From NCBI GenBank assembly GCA_001179505.1, contig CDMY01000466.1:186001-250000 (forward strand): a stretch of 64,000 bases of DNA, in the 5' to 3' direction. Below, in pieces: positions 25,078 through 38,974 of this stretch. Origin of the DNA: Vitrella brassicaformis CCMP3155. Lineage: Eukaryota > Protista > Chromerida. Both the position numbers and the translations under genes were made by a program. The notes below the pieces were generated by a model. The model was not told the DNA's origin. It was given only the letters and a program-made list of their open reading frames with translations, and made no database searches. Every line of letters starts with the position of its first letter. Positions within the stretch are counted from its first letter, which is position 1.

Positions 25078-26695
25078 ATGGCTTTCCTTCAATTTCTGTT
25101 GCTCCATTGTGCCTCCCTGTTGTCCCCAGCAACCGCACTTACATCTCCCCGAAGGTCATCTGTCGCATGGCTGCAGCCGTCGTCAAGCTCCTTCCCCGCT
25201 CCGCACAGGCGAGGCAGACGGAGATCTGTCGGTGCCAGGCGCAGGCCGCTGCACGGACGACCCGCCAGCCGAGCAAGAAGGTGGTTCTGCCTGAGTGCAT
25301 CGCCTCAGAGGGACGTCGAGCAGCCGCTGTCATTGGAGTTGCTGTCACTGGACCATGATGAGGTGGGCAGGTCGCTGGGCGAGCAGGTGCGGCAGTGGCT
25401 GGACGAGGAATGGATCCCGCAGGAAGATCATGCCGTCATCGGAAAGTACGCAACTGTGTTGTGTGTGGTGGCTGGTCCGCTTGCTGTGCTCATGGCGTGT
25501 TGTGTTTCATTTCATTTCATGCTGTGTGCAGTCGCATTCAGGCGATCTACCGCGATTTGCGGGCGTCGGGTGACGTGGAGGATCTGCCTGGGCTGCTGGT
25601 GGGCATGGGCACACAGCTGGAGAAAACTGACCTGGGAGAGGTGAGATGATGGAAAGCAGCACTCGCCTTCACGCTGTCTGCATCCCTGCATACGTGTGTG
25701 TGTGTGTGTGTGTGTGGCATCCACCCGTCAGGCGTTTGTGGATGCGTGGACGATAGCCAACTACGTCTCAGACTGCGTCCTGGAGAAGATCAGGCAGCGA
25801 CAGGGCCAGCAGAGTATGCCAGCCGCTACCCCCTCCCCCTCCCCCTCCCCATCTCGCTCCCCTCCGCCCTTCTTCACTGCCGACCGCATCAAGACACTCC
25901 GCCGGTCGCTCAACGACAACTTCAGCCGGTGGGTGTGGCAGAAGGACGTCTGTGACCTCGACGTGTCCTGGGATGACCTCAACTGCGCCATGGCCATCAA
26001 ACTGGGCTATGACCTCAACAAAGATGGCGAAATCGACGTCACGAACCTTCATGTGAGCCAATGGATGAGTACATGGCTGGAGTGACTGGTGTTATGTGGG
26101 TGTGGGTGTGTGGGTTCTCTGCAGCCGCCATGGGTGGGTGAGTTTGCTGTGCCGCCCGACTTCCGCATCGACGACCGTGCGTGGTTCAAACTCTCACTCG
26201 ACCTGCCGGAAAGAGCAGACCAGCAACAGTCAGCCAGCAATTCAGCCACCCACACCCCCTACAGAAATGGTGGACACTCTGTGTGTGTGTGTGTGTGTGT
26301 CAGATTCCTCGACAACTTCCTGAAGAGTCTACACGGCGCAGAGGCCGTCGCAATCCGATACAAACAAGTGATGGCATGAGCGAGGCGGGAACACTCAGGG
26401 GGCGGAGGACACTCCAGTGATCCGATGGTGGCGTGTCATCGCCTTTCAGGCGAGTCCCGAGGACGAGGATTTCGTGCGGCGTGCGCAGCTCTTGAAATGG
26501 CTCTACATGTGGGACTTCGGCAACTCAGGTGTGGTGTGTGAGGCAGACAGAGCCAACAACCCTACCCTGGTCATCACGTGTGTGCATTGCCTCTGTGTCA
26601 ACCAACCAACAGGCTTGGTGGCCACATCCCTGTTGCCCCCTGAGAGCAGAGCCGACTTCGACCCTGATGAAGACGATGATGCCCTGGATCAGTGA
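25078..26695 (+). CDS. Putative plastid-targeted protein with a cyanobacterial/plant-type conserved uncharacterised domain (WLDEEW...AF...W.IAN.VSD) plus C-terminal extension
   Basis: Signal peptide MAFLQFLLLHCASLLSPATALT and an R/S-rich transit region. Spliced QVRQWLDEEWIPQEDHAVIG..IQAIYRDLRASGDVEDLPGLLVGMGTQLEKTDLGEAFVDAWTIANYVSDCVL, followed by 5 further exons. Confidence 0.65.
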
Positions 26696-27272
26696 CAAAG
26701 GGCCTTTGCAATTGGCACCCATGTTCGTCGACTTCTGCTCGCTTGTCCTTGTCCAGTCTCTCGCTCAGCTTGAGGACCTCAGGGGCCCGCCTGAGGTTGT
26801 CTTGCTGGTCAAGAGAGTGGACAGGGAAGGGAGCAGGGGTCGACGCCAAGAAAGGAGCGGGTGCACTGCATTATGTGTGTGATGTGTGACCGAGTTGTGT
26901 GTGTCGTGTATGTGTGGTTTCGATGATGGCCACGCATATGCACCCTCTTCGGGCTTTTGTGGTTCAGTCTGGGCACGCAGTGAGGAGAGTCTGACCGCCG
27001 ATTCTTCTCACTTCGTGCCCAGCGGGCGCACACGAAGGCCAGAGAGGGTGCACAGAGACACTTGGGCGCGCCATCGCTGCATTTAGTGGTCGAGAATCAT
27101 GGGATGCGAAACAATCTTCCTCATTCGGTTGACGGAAAAAAGCAAAAGTACTTTCCCATGATGCAGTGTAGTCAGTCCACTCACTCACGCACGCACACTC
27201 ATGAATTACCGTTATATACGACGCACTCGCGCCTCTGGCACATACCCACCATCCCTCACCGCCCCTTGTTCA

Positions 27273-28478
27273 TCAGACGAGCTGTTTGACTTCGAAGAAT
27301 GACTTGAGGTAGTAGATCTGAAAACCCGCCAGCACCACCAACACAGCCACCTGAGCAGTCAGTGAGTGCACCACAGCCACACACCAGACAGACACATGCG
27401 ATGCGTCCATTCTACGTGTGTGTGGGTGGGCTGTGCTGACTGACCTCTAGGAAGGTCCACCATAGGATGCGGCTGTTGGTCGTCTCGGATGCTGACGCAC
27501 ACACACATCGCATAGGCAGAAGGTGGCATGCAGTGCATCGGCTTACTGTCTCGGTGCACGGCTTCCCTCGTGGTGGCGTAAGACTGCTGCGCTGAGATCT
27601 CCTGCACCTTCTGCACCCACACATACACCATAACATGGACACACGAGAAAGAAGAGTGCATCCATCCATGCCTCCCGTCCCCTCCCTGCCTCCCTCACCC
27701 CCTCCAACGCGGCCACCAGGGCCTCCAGCTTCTTTGAATCGTCTGCACACACACACACACACATACGCATGCGCGCACACACACAGAGAAAGCAGCGTTA
27801 CGAAGGTCCTCATTGGATCCTCCAGCGACCCACCCAGTGTCGCCAGCTCTTCTGGATGGGTCTCCTGCTTCTGGGCCCTGCACACAACACACCATGGAGA
27901 GACGGGCACAGGCGTCCATCCCATCCATTGTGAGCGGGGCAGGCATGTGTGTGGATGTGTCGTCGTAGCATATCTAGTACCTGACGTTGAAGCTGATGGT
28001 CTGAACGTACGACAGCAGACTCTTAAAACACAACCGATACTGCCCATCCTCAGCTGACACACACACATCCACACATAGCTTCTCCCCCCCTCCCTCCCTC
28101 CCTTCCTCCCCTCTGGTGCCACTCGCTCATCCATCCTTCATGGCTGCCTACCAGCGGTGATCCGTTGGTTGCCTGAGGCCTTGATTTCGCTGTACAGCTC
28201 CTGCTCCTTGAATGAGAGTGACGTCCGTACCGACCGGTCGCTGCCGATGGCCTCGAACGAAAACACTATGTCGTCACCCGACTTGGCGTCCACTCCAAAA
28301 CACTCTGATCGATGGACGGATGCATGGATGACACCACACACAACACAATCACCACACACACGCAACACACCCTGTTCGTTTGTGTGTGACTTGACTGACC
28401 TCTGGCATTGGGTGAGATCTTGAAGAAGAGCGCTCGGGCAGGCACAAGCAGAAAGGTGGCCGCCACAAGCACACTCAT
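27273..28478 (-). CDS. emp24/gp25L/p24 (TMED) cargo receptor
   Basis: MSVLVAATFLLVPARALFFKISPNAR|ECFGVDAKSGDDIVFSF (signal + GOLD). Coiled coil ...EISAQQSYATTREAVHRD..ETTNSRILWWTFLEV..AGFQIYYLKSFFEVKQLV*, the classic p24 tail. Confidence 0.92.
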
Positions 28479-28820
28479 TTGACGCTGCCTCGCATCTCCT
28501 CGCCGCCTCTTTGGCGTCGGCCGTGCCGCTGGCCTGCTGATGACTGCAGCGGCCTCCGGGGCGGCGACGGGTGCATCTGGCAGTGGAGGTGACGATGGCG
28601 GCGCATCCTGGGCCCTGATCTTCATGCTGGACGAGGGAATGACGCTTTGTGCAAGAGTTTGGCAGGGTTTAGGGTCCAGGGTTTGGCATAGGGTCAGACT
28701 CCACACCGAAAGAATGAGTTCCAACGCGTCTGCTTCCTTCAATTGAGGGAAACAAGCTACTCAGTCAGTCACTCAAACAAAACACATCAAGGCATCCCCA
28801 CCCACCCACGCCACCCGCCA

Positions 28821-29575
28821 TCACTGACTCCGGTCCTTCGCAAAGACCGTCTCCAGCACAACACTGGACAACCACCAGTAGAGAGTGAAAAGGATGAACA
28901 GCTGGATCGCATTGCCGTCTAGCGCCTTCCACACTGCTGACACCACTGCCGCAAGCAGTTTGGTGATTTCGGTCTGAGACTCCTCTGGACTGGACCGCAG
29001 GTAGACATCGATGACATAGACGACAAAGAGGAATTTTGCACTGGTCGCAGCAAGGTCGCCAGAAATCGTGACCACCTCCTCAGCGACCGTGAACAGGACC
29101 TTTTGCAGGCCGACAGACACTGAAGGAATGATAACACAACGCAAACGCACACGCCACCAGTACTTACACAGAAGGACAGGCCGACACAACCAGCGCATGC
29201 CAGACAGGCCACCGACCACACATGGCCCTGCCACACACAACTCCTACCTGACGGTCCAGGCCACGTTGGGCCCTCCGTCTGACGTTGCCCCTGAGCGGCA
29301 CCCTCCTGCGGCCGCCCACGCACACACACGCACACGCACACATGCATCAGAATGGCAGTGTGCTTACTCGTTCAGGCACTCACCTGGTTTCTGCCCTGAG
29401 ACCACATCCGTGTCGCGAAGCCGTGTGTCGGTGATGCCGAGCGGTGAGTGCAAGAGAGGCGAACGACAGGCGGCACAAATGTCGACACTGCGGCTGCGGG
29501 ATAGCAGCTAGCACCCAAGACGAGCAGCCAGATGATCAGCAGCATAATGAGAGGATGGGGAGGCCGAGAATACAT
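28821..29575 (-). CDS. Small putative plastid-targeted membrane protein, unknown function
   Basis: Signal peptide MLLIIWLLVLGASCYPAAAVSTF and a transit-like segment. Final exon has two hydrophobic segments (AKFLFVVYVIDVYL; AIQLFILFTLYWWLSSVVL). Confidence 0.5.
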
Positions 29576-31136
29576 ACCTGCACACATAAAGCATGCATGT
29601 AGTGCATCAATTGGATGAGGGACGTTTGAGTGACTGCGTGACCTTTGACTCACTCACTCTTGCCGAGATGACGGTCATAACACACACCGACCAGCCATCG
29701 GACACACACGCACTGGTCTGATCCTTAGTCAACACGCACACACACACACGCACCGAACAGCCACACGTCGCATCACATCTCTGGCCGCTTGCGTAGCCGC
29801 AGCCTACCGAGACCTTGGAGAGAATGAATGAATCTCACCTGCCATACAGAGCACACAATTCAGTGCGTGAGGTCGTCTTCCGCATTTCTCCTGTTTACCC
29901 TCCTCCCATGCGAATTCCGAGAAAGATCGTGGTAGGGAGCTGTGGTTCAGGGTTTGAAGGGTGCAGGGTTTAGACAGGAGCGGAACTCGAGTGTGCAGCT
30001 TTTTGAAAGGCTCTGGACTGCATCTGGGAAGATCGATCCATCACACGACAGACAGAGAAACACCACCACACACACAGACAGACAAACAGGCGCCATCTGC
30101 GGTGCCTGGCATGTGAATGTGTCGTCTTCCCCTCTGTCGTGTGCCCCCGTCGACGGTCACAGACCGAGAGCATGTAGGTGCCCTGGGTCTGTTACGGTCG
30201 ATATCGACACAAAACAGTGGAAGATGGACACAGACACACTTGCACCGGCAACGTGCTCACAGGCAAGTACTAGCTAGTCTCTTCTCTTATCTTCCCATGC
30301 GTCCGTCGGTTTGTCTGCGTCGCTTGGTGTCGTTCCACTGCCGCCTGCCATCGACTGACCACAGGAAGGTGACACCACCTGCGCCAGACGATGACCAACT
30401 TCATTGCGACGACGCCATGCCGCGCAAGACAAGCGCAACGCGACCCAAACGGCATTGGTTACGACAAAGGCTATCGTACATATACATAGGCAGAGACACA
30501 CACACAGAGCAACATCTGACTCAAGCAAGTCTTTCCTTCATCCACTGCACTGCTCGGCAACACCAAAGGAAGCCCAAAAGAGGGAGGGGGATTGGGGAGA
30601 GGCCCGCGCATGCCTCCCTCCCTCACGCACCAACCAACCAACCAACCAGCGGCCAGGCCCCACTCGATGACAACACAACCATCCATCCATCCCTCTGTCT
30701 GTCTGTGTGTCTGTCGTGAATTGATGGCGTCCATGCACTGCACTCACACATAGGGATTGAAAGGACCACATACGCCAAGGTAAGGCATGAAAGCTCTTTC
30801 TCGGTTGCTATCTATCGGTCGGCCAGACAGACAGACACACACACACAAAAAAGAGAGAGGCCCATTTCATTTCCGCTGCACGCTTATGACGCACACCGGT
30901 CGGTCAAAAAGAAAACGACAGACACCATACATACAGACAGACCAACAGAGAGGAAAAATCTAGACATCCCTCCCTCCATCCATCCACTGCCGCACCACGT
31001 CGCGTCACTCACTGACTCAGCCATATCGATCTACTTTACAGCCCACCACCACCACCCGCCCCGCTTACGCACGCACAAAAGCGACACCGACACCCCAACT
31101 AGTCCATCCATCCGACCATCCATCCATGTGTGAGGC

Positions 31137-34100
31137 TTAAATGTCTGCCTGTCCGCTGCTGCTGCTGTGGTGGTGGTGTGCGTGGCAGTGCTTGGCGGCC
31201 GCCTGCTTCCACGACCGGATGAGCCACGCCGACTTGCGGGCGCCCTTGCGGACAGGTGTGGCCGGCTGGGAGCCCTCTGATGCCTTCCACTCGGCCAACA
31301 GGTCGCGAATCCTGCACAAGTAACAGCAGCACACAGAGACATGTCGGTCCGAGCCTGCCCATCCCTCCTCCTCTCTCAGCAGCTCCCTCCCTCCCTCCCT
31401 CGCTCCCTCGCTCCACACACTTGTGGCTGATATCGGTGGTGATGTAAGTGGTGGAGGGCAGCTCCTCGGCCTGCTTGGCCCCCACGCCCCACGTGCACCC
31501 TTCTGGCCTCTGACCCTCCTGGCAGCCCTCGTGTCGGTTGCAGCAAAAGGGGTTCTTGCTGTCCTTGGCGATCGTGAAACTCTCCCTCCCTGCACCTGGT
31601 GCACCTGCACCACTGGCACTGGCAGTGGCAGCGGCGGCAGTTGTGTCGTTTGGCTGGATGTCGGCGCCCTCGGGGTGGTACCAGCAACCGTCCGACGGCA
31701 GGGGCGTGGCGGGGAAGGTCGACAGAGACGGCGAGGACGTGCCGGCCGAAGAAGCCGGGCGGAGGGACTCGAACGACGACTTACCAGCGCTGACAACACG
31801 GTGTGAGAGACAACAGGCTCTGTGGGGAGAAAACACTCGCCTCTTTCTTTCTTCTGTGAGTTGCCAGTCAGTCAGTCTCACTCACCTGTCGTCTTGCATC
31901 TTGCGCATATTCCACCCCCTGCCGCCCCCGTCTTGCTGCCCCTTTCGCTGCCCCAGACCGCCAACGCACGGGAAGCCGTACGCACTCCTGCCCATCTCCG
32001 ACGCGGGTCGTGAGAAGGACGGCCATGAGGTGCCGCCGCCGTTCGTGTGCAGAGTGGGCAGCGGGGTGGTGCGGGCCGTGGCGCGGCGGGGCACTTCGGG
32101 CACCTCCACCATGTCCATGTGTGGGTGTGCTGTCACGTTGACGTCTCGCGGCACCACGGGGGTGCCTTCGAAGGGGCCGCTGCCGAAGCGGAAGGGCTCG
32201 TGGCCGATGCGGGCAGAACGACTGACAAACCGGACGGACAAGAGAAGGGAAAACAACAAATGAGCTGAGAGATGCAGCGAGAGGGATCTCTCCGATAGCT
32301 ATGTGTGCGTGCGTACCGTTTGCGGCTGGTGATGGGTGCGAAGTGGTCCACATCCAGGTCGAACTCTACCGTGTTGTCCAAACCCTGACCGACCTTGGTG
32401 GCACTGGTCGGTGGCTTGGTGGTGCCGGTGGTCGTGGTGGTGGTGGTGGCCGCATCTGGCTGATGGACAGTTGTGGGTTTGGGCTGCCAGGGCATGCCCC
32501 AGAGGGAGCCTGCGGGTGCCGCTGCTCCTGTCTTGGCAGTGGTAGTTGCAGGTGGTGTGGCGGTCTCCTTCGGCGGTTCCCACGGCATGCCCCACAACGA
32601 CCCGTTACTAACAGACAGACAGACGGATGCAAGCCAGAGATACCGAACAGAGACAAAAGGGGTGTGTGTTTGTGTTTGTGTGAGTGTGTTTGGTAGGTAC
32701 TGTACCCGTGTTCGATGGTTTGTGGTTTGTCGATGGGGGGCGTGTCGACATCAGCGGTGGTGTTTGCGATTGTGTTGTCCTGAAGTGAGGAAGGACAGGA
32801 CGCGGCATCAGCATGACTGTCATGGTCAGTGCGTGAAGCGGCCTGGCGGCTGAAGAGTGCCCGATCCAGGGATACAACTGTGCTCACGTTCATCGGCAAC
32901 AAAGAAGCCTTCTCACACCTGCACACACTCACACGCAGACAGACAGACAGACAGACTCAGGCATGAACTCACTCACGTCAGTGCAGTGCAGGTCTGACTG
33001 ACAGGCCTCCCTCCCTCCCTCGTGTGTGTGCAGATCCTTTTGCTCACCGGTCCTGGCCGCCTGTCGTCTTGGTGATGGTCACCGTGGCGCCCTCGACGGA
33101 CCCCGGCTTCATGTTCATGTCAGCGATGATGCGGGCCAGGCGCCCCTTCTCCGCAGCAGCCTCGTGGTCACCCTCACTGGCGCCGCTGGCTGTGTCTGTG
33201 GTCGTCGCCGCGCCCTCCTCATCACTGGTGGTGCTGTACTCGTCCTCCAGCTGCACAGTGGTGCTGGTGGGCTTCGCCCTCTCTTCTGCCAGGTGCTGCT
33301 TCATCTGCTGCAAGACGTCGTCGAGGGCCGCCAGGTGCTCCTCGATGCTGCTGACCATCTCCTGCTCGCGATCCAGCTCCGTGGCGATCTTGCCCTCCAG
33401 CGTCTGCAGGCCGGCCATGTCATGGCTGACGTCGGGGTCCAGCTCGCCGTCCGACAGCTCCGACGAGTCGCTGAGGTGGTGCTGGGTCTCCTCGCCACGC
33501 AGCAAGTCCTCCATCTCGGCTTGCTTCTCGATCAAGACCACCATTTGGTCCTCCCTGGCGTCCTCGAGGTCGCTGCGGCGCATCTCCAGCTCCTCGGCTG
33601 TCCTCCTGGCCTCGGCGATGGCGTCGCAGTCCTTGGATGTCTTGTCGAGCGAGTGCGTGAGCCGCTCCATCTGGCGGATCCAGTCGCGCACCTTCTCGTC
33701 GGCCGCGTGGAACGACTCCTCGGTCGACTCGATGGACGACTCGAGCTCGGAGGCCTTCTTGTGCAGCTCCTTGATCACCCACGGGTGGTGGGCCGCCGGC
33801 TCGTGGTCAGACTCACTCACCGAACTCTCAGCTTCTCCCTCGGACTCTGTTGCGGTGGCCGTCACTGTGGTCGCTGCCTCGCTGCCGCTGCTCGTGGTGG
33901 TGGTGATGGTGCTGGGTGGCTTTGCGCGCAGGACGTCGGCGTCCTTGACGGCGTCCTCGATGTGTGCGAGTGCGCATGCATGTGGGTGCTGGTTGTGGAT
34001 GGCGACGGTGAGGTCGTCCAGCTGCTGGGTGAGCTGCTCCCGCCAGTGCTTGAGTCGCTTGTGGAAGCGGTTGGAGCAGTGCCAGTGACGCGCCAGACGC

Positions 34101-35432
34101 CACGTCACATTCTCAGACGTCACCGACTGATCGATCAACGAATGAATGTATCATATCAAGGAAGAAACCAGATAGATCCACATCAGCAACGAACGCACTG
34201 ATGAATGAGTGGGTCTATCTATATGTTGTGAGGCTACTGAACTGACCTGCATCTCTTGGTTGACGATATCTCCGATCTGTGCCATGTCTGTGTCCGTGAG
34301 GCCCTTGCCCTCCTCGATGGTGCCGCGCAGCTCGCCCACTCGTGTCTTGATGCTCTCGGTAAGGTATGCCCCGAACTGGTCCAGCTCCCTCTCGAACACC
34401 TCGGGCCAGCCCTGCACGCTCTCATCCACCTTGCCCACGGCTGACTCCAGCTGTGCGATCCGCTCCGTCAGCTGCTCCAGGGTCGTGAGGATGGGCGAAC
34501 CGTAGCCGCTCAAGGTCGACTGCACAGTCGTCAGCTGGTCCTGCACCAACACCGACTGGCGAGCCATACGCTCCGCGTAGTCCTGACCCATCCCATCATG
34601 ACACACAGAGAGAGATGAGCATTCAGCTAGGGAGGTATTTCCCCCTCTCTCTATCTGTCTGTGGGATGTGATGGGATACCTGAATGCGAACGAGCAGGTC
34701 ATTGGCAAGTTTCTGTTCCCGCCTGATGTGGGCCGTCTCTTCCTGAATCATCTGCCTCACGCCCTTCTCGACGGCCGCCACGTCCACCGCCGCCCCGCCA
34801 GCCTTGCTCGCCTCCTCCAGCCGACGCAGCGCCTCAGCCGCATGAGCCGAACGCTCCAGCAGTGTCTTCTGCTGCTTCTCGAGCGTCTCCAGGCGGCCGT
34901 CCATATTTAGGAGGGCGCGCTTGACGTCCGACATGCCGGCGAAGAAGGCCCGCCATGCGTACGCCCCTGCGTTGTGGTGCGAGCGGGACTCCTGCCGCAG
35001 CTGGTCGATGCGCTGCTTGACGCCCGTGCAGCCGACCGGCACGGGCGGCGGGTGCTGCGGCGCCAGGGGGAGCGGCTCGTTGGCGGGCAGGTGGATCGTG
35101 TCGGACACAGGCCTGTCGGTGGCCACACTCTGCAGCGCATCCTGCACGCCCTTCTGGTGCACCAGCAGCTTCTCCGTCTCAATGCCCTTGGCGTTGACAC
35201 CAGACGCCGTCGAGCCGGCCGCTGCAGCGGGGTGGGCGGCTCCACCTCCAGCCACCTTGGGCTGCCATCCTGCGGGCTGGGTCCATGTCGTGTGTGTCGT
35301 TGTCTCGTGGGCAGCGGGGTCGGTCCAGGGCCGCCAGACCATGCGCGCGGCGCTCCATAGCTTGCCCGGCCTGTCCTTGCCGAAGTGCTTGATGACGTTG
35401 CGCGCGTAGAGCTCAGAACTCCGCCCTGGCAT
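31137..35432 (-). CDS. Large hypothetical coiled-coil protein with acidic helical middle and low-complexity C-terminus
   Basis: ORFs 34623..35432, 34151, 33044..34138 (E/D-rich heptads), 32133, 31882 and 31137 are colinear and linked by GT-AG introns containing microsatellites. Confidence 0.65.
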
Positions 35433-35670
35433 GACTCACTGGCGGGCAGCTGATGCGATGCCGGTCAAGTGAAAGCAGCTCAGGCCAGGAGCTTTCGACT
35501 TCTCTGCCACTCCACCACGCGCCGTCAGCCCCACCTCGTGCCTTCGCGAGCTCAAGAGCTCGCAAAGGTGCATGCGCTTTGATCTGTGCCTTCTGTCCCA
35601 AGCCCTGTTCATTGGACCTCTGCAGATCCGCCAACCCTACATTGAGCCCGAGATCTGCACTCGCCGCATC

Positions 35671-37972
35671 ATGGCAGATGTTGACACGGCCGCCACTTCC
35701 CCAGCATCTGAGAGCCAAGCAGATGTGTTCATCCAGCGCCGAGATGGCCGCCTCTGGCTCGGCAAAGATCCCTTCCGATTCGCCGGTACGCAGATCTTCA
35801 CACGCACCATGCTCTGCTGCATGTGAAATCGATGTGCACGACCCAGGGTGCAACATCTATTGGCTGGGTCTTGACGAGAATGTTGGAGGCGTGGATTTTC
35901 CCTCTGAGTTCCGCGTACGCGACGCCCTCGAGACGGCCAAGGAGATGCAGCTGCGGGTGGTGCGGGCGCATACACTGGGGATCTCTTACGGCACGGAGGA
36001 CAAGTCGTTTTGCGAGGGGCCGGGCAAGTTTGTGCACGACAACCTCAGGATGGCCGACTACGCCATCACGGTGGCCAAAGAGGTGCGTGGTGTGGGCAAA
36101 ACACGGTGGGTTCACTCGAGTGCATTGCAATTGCATGAGAGTCTTGTTATCTTACCTGGGTTGTGTCAGTTGGGTTTGCGTCTGATAGTGCCTTTGATGG
36201 ACAAGTGGGACTACTACCACGGCGGCATGAAGCACTTCACCAGGTGGCGGGGCAAGGAGAGGAGGGAAGACTTCTACACTGACCCGCAAGTCATCGAGGT
36301 AGGCAACGCACATACAGCAAAACAACAAACGCCTCTGCCTACCGTCCGTCTGCCAACCTGTGCGGGGCGGGGCGCCCACTCCCTCCCTCCCCCCGGTCAT
36401 GTTTATGTCTGCAGGACTTCAAGACTTACATCTCCGAGCTGGTGAGCCACGTCAACCCCCACACAGGCCTCGCGTGGAAGGACGAGCCGTGCATCATGTG
36501 TTGGGAGACGGGCAACGAGCTCGACTCGCCGCCCGAGTGGACGCGTCAGATAGCCGACCACATCAAGAAGGAGGCGCCGCGGCAGCTGGTCATGGACGGA
36601 CGATGGGGGGTCGACCCCGCCTGCCTCGCCATCGACAGTGTCGACATCGTCTCCAACCACTATTACTTTGTACCTGCTGTGGAGCTGGGTCGGGACGTCT
36701 ACGGCGGGGCCTGGAGCGCTCAGCAACAGGGCAAGTGCTTCGTCGTCGGCGAATACGGTACGGTCAGCTCAGCGGAGGGAGGGAGGGAAAAGAGAACAGA
36801 GGAATGATATCCGCAGCTTTCATCCCGTCTATGGCTTGTCCATTATTGTGTTGTGCGTGTCAGATTGGAAGGGCTACCCCTACGGCACATTGGTACCCTT
36901 CCTGAACATGGTGGAGAGCAGCCAGTGCGTCACAGGAGACCTCTTCTGGTAGGGTAACCAACACGCCACCGCCACCCACACCACACCACACCACACACGG
37001 GCAATGAATGTGTTCTGCCCTCTTCAGGTCGCTGTTCCCCCACCACGACGATGGAGGTTTTGTGGCGCATCACGACGGCTTCACTCTCCATTACCCTGGC
37101 GACGACGCCCGAATGCGCGACAGGGCGCGGCTCATCAGGCAACACGCGTGCAGAATGAGGTGCGTTTGAGGGACGACAAGGCGGCGGTTTAAAGCAAAGT
37201 ACCATTGGCATGTTGTGTGGGCTCCTCAGGGGTGATCCAGCTCCTGCTGCCCACCGCATCCCTTCAGCGCCTCACATCACGCAGATCCAACACAGGTACG
37301 TAGACCTCATAGTCACGTCTCCTCACCAATGGATTCACGCTTCTCTCTCTCTCTCTCTCTCTCTCCCTGTGCAGCCACATCCGATGGCGGGGCGCCACGG
37401 GTGCGGCGACGTATTCGATCGAAGTCAGCCTGTCGGACGATACATCCTCTGGCCACCACAAATGGCACCCCCTCGTGCAGCAACACATCACCGCAGACCC
37501 AAAGGAGTCCGATGGCCAGTCATCAGCCACGCTCGCATCGCCCTTCTCGTCCCTCCCCCTCCTGGCCACCGACTTCTCCCCGCCAAAGTCGCGGTTTTCT
37601 CTGCCTCTCTACTTCGCCAGCCACGCAGCCCCGCTCCCGCCCGCCGCCCCGTCGGCGTGCGAGAGCCCCTTCCCGATGTCATGTGGCGACAACCTCTTTG
37701 TGCGGGCCATGAATAGGGCGATCGAGGGCAGTGAGGCGCTCGTGTCCGAGTGGGTGGCGTGGAGGGCGGGCGAGGCAGAGGGTGGGTGGAAAACGCATAG
37801 GGGCCTGTGGGGGGTCCTGCTGGACACTTTGTTGAAGGAGGGGCGGGTGGGTCAGAAGCAGACCCGGCTTTACTTCCGTGTGCGGGGCATGAACCTCGAT
37901 GGTCTGCCGGGGCCGTACTCGGATGTGGTGGCCTTTGATGTGAGCAAGGCCAATGGCGAGAGGGGGGCGTAG
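35671..37972 (+). CDS. Glycoside hydrolase family 5 endo-beta-mannanase-like with C-terminal beta-sandwich (FN3-like) region
   Basis: FIQRRDGRLWLGKDPFRFAG|CNIYWLGLDEN...LRVVRAHTLG...LGLRLIVPLMDKWDYYHGGM..F...FYTDP...VNPHTGLAWKDEPCIMCWETGNEL (acid/base NE)...FVVGEYG (nucleophile). Confidence 0.9.
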
Positions 37973-38974
37973 GCAGGTAGACAGACAGACCGACCGACGG
38001 GCAGATTGACTGATGGGGGTGTTTTGTGGCGCCTGCATGGCTGGGATGGCTGTGCTTGCAGTCATCAGTTTTGTTGGGTGTGGCTAGTGCAGCAGTTCGC
38101 TTATGATTGTTCGGCGGTCGTCAGCGCGACAGCTCTCTGGGAGCTGCATCCACGGGGAACTTAGCCTCCCGCTGTTCGTTGTCTCACTGCTTCAGCCTTG
38201 CTGATCATTCCCTCTGCATGGCCGCTTGTGAAGAGTCCTTCTAACTAGTAATATGGTGACCGAAACCAAGCAGGCGTCTTTGTACAATGGGAGACTTGTG
38301 TGACTTCTTTCAAACTGAAAAGGATATGGTCTGTGCGATTTCGTTAAACTTTGCTGACAAGGCACTGACAAGACACAACTTAACATACACGTGTGTCCAT
38401 CAGACTTCCGATGCGTGCTCGTTTGTTTGTCTGTCGCGGTGGCGTGGCGACGACACACCAGACCGTTGCACACGGCACCGCAACGACAGGCAAATGAGCA
38501 CGCGCCAACCACGTCACGTCACACGAGCTCACACACCCACACAACACAAGACACACACTATTTATCATGAGTATGTCACCCCTGCCCATGCCTGTGACGG
38601 CGCTCATACATAGATAGCATAGATACCTCCCTCGATGAGCGGAGCGGAGTGCGCTGTGCCGCCACATGTTGCAATAGCAAAAAGGCTGACTGATCGAAAA
38701 CTGCTCGTGCAATAAATACATACACATCAACACATACAGCATGGCGAATCGGGCACAGGCACTGGAATACAGCAACAACGGAGGCCGTCGAGGATGCTAC
38801 CTACCGGGTGATAAAACCACACACATGAATCACCGACCGACTCTGGCTAAGGTACACACACCATTCCAACCAACCCTGCACTCACCCCACGCACAATCAC
38901 GGTACAAAAAGGATCTCTCTCCCTGCCTGCCTGCCCGGCTCTCCCTCCTGTCAGTCAGTTTGTTAGCATCAGCA

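Noticed and set aside
29650-31100. Possible extra gene between the small membrane protein and the coiled-coil gene
   Set aside because: No coherent spliced ORF or motif could be built; mostly microsatellite-rich intergenic sequence.
33024-34201. Long plus-strand ORFs (354 and 391 aa) antisense to the coiled-coil gene
   Set aside because: Expected shadow ORFs of a GC-rich, codon-biased exon; the translation has no protein-like features.
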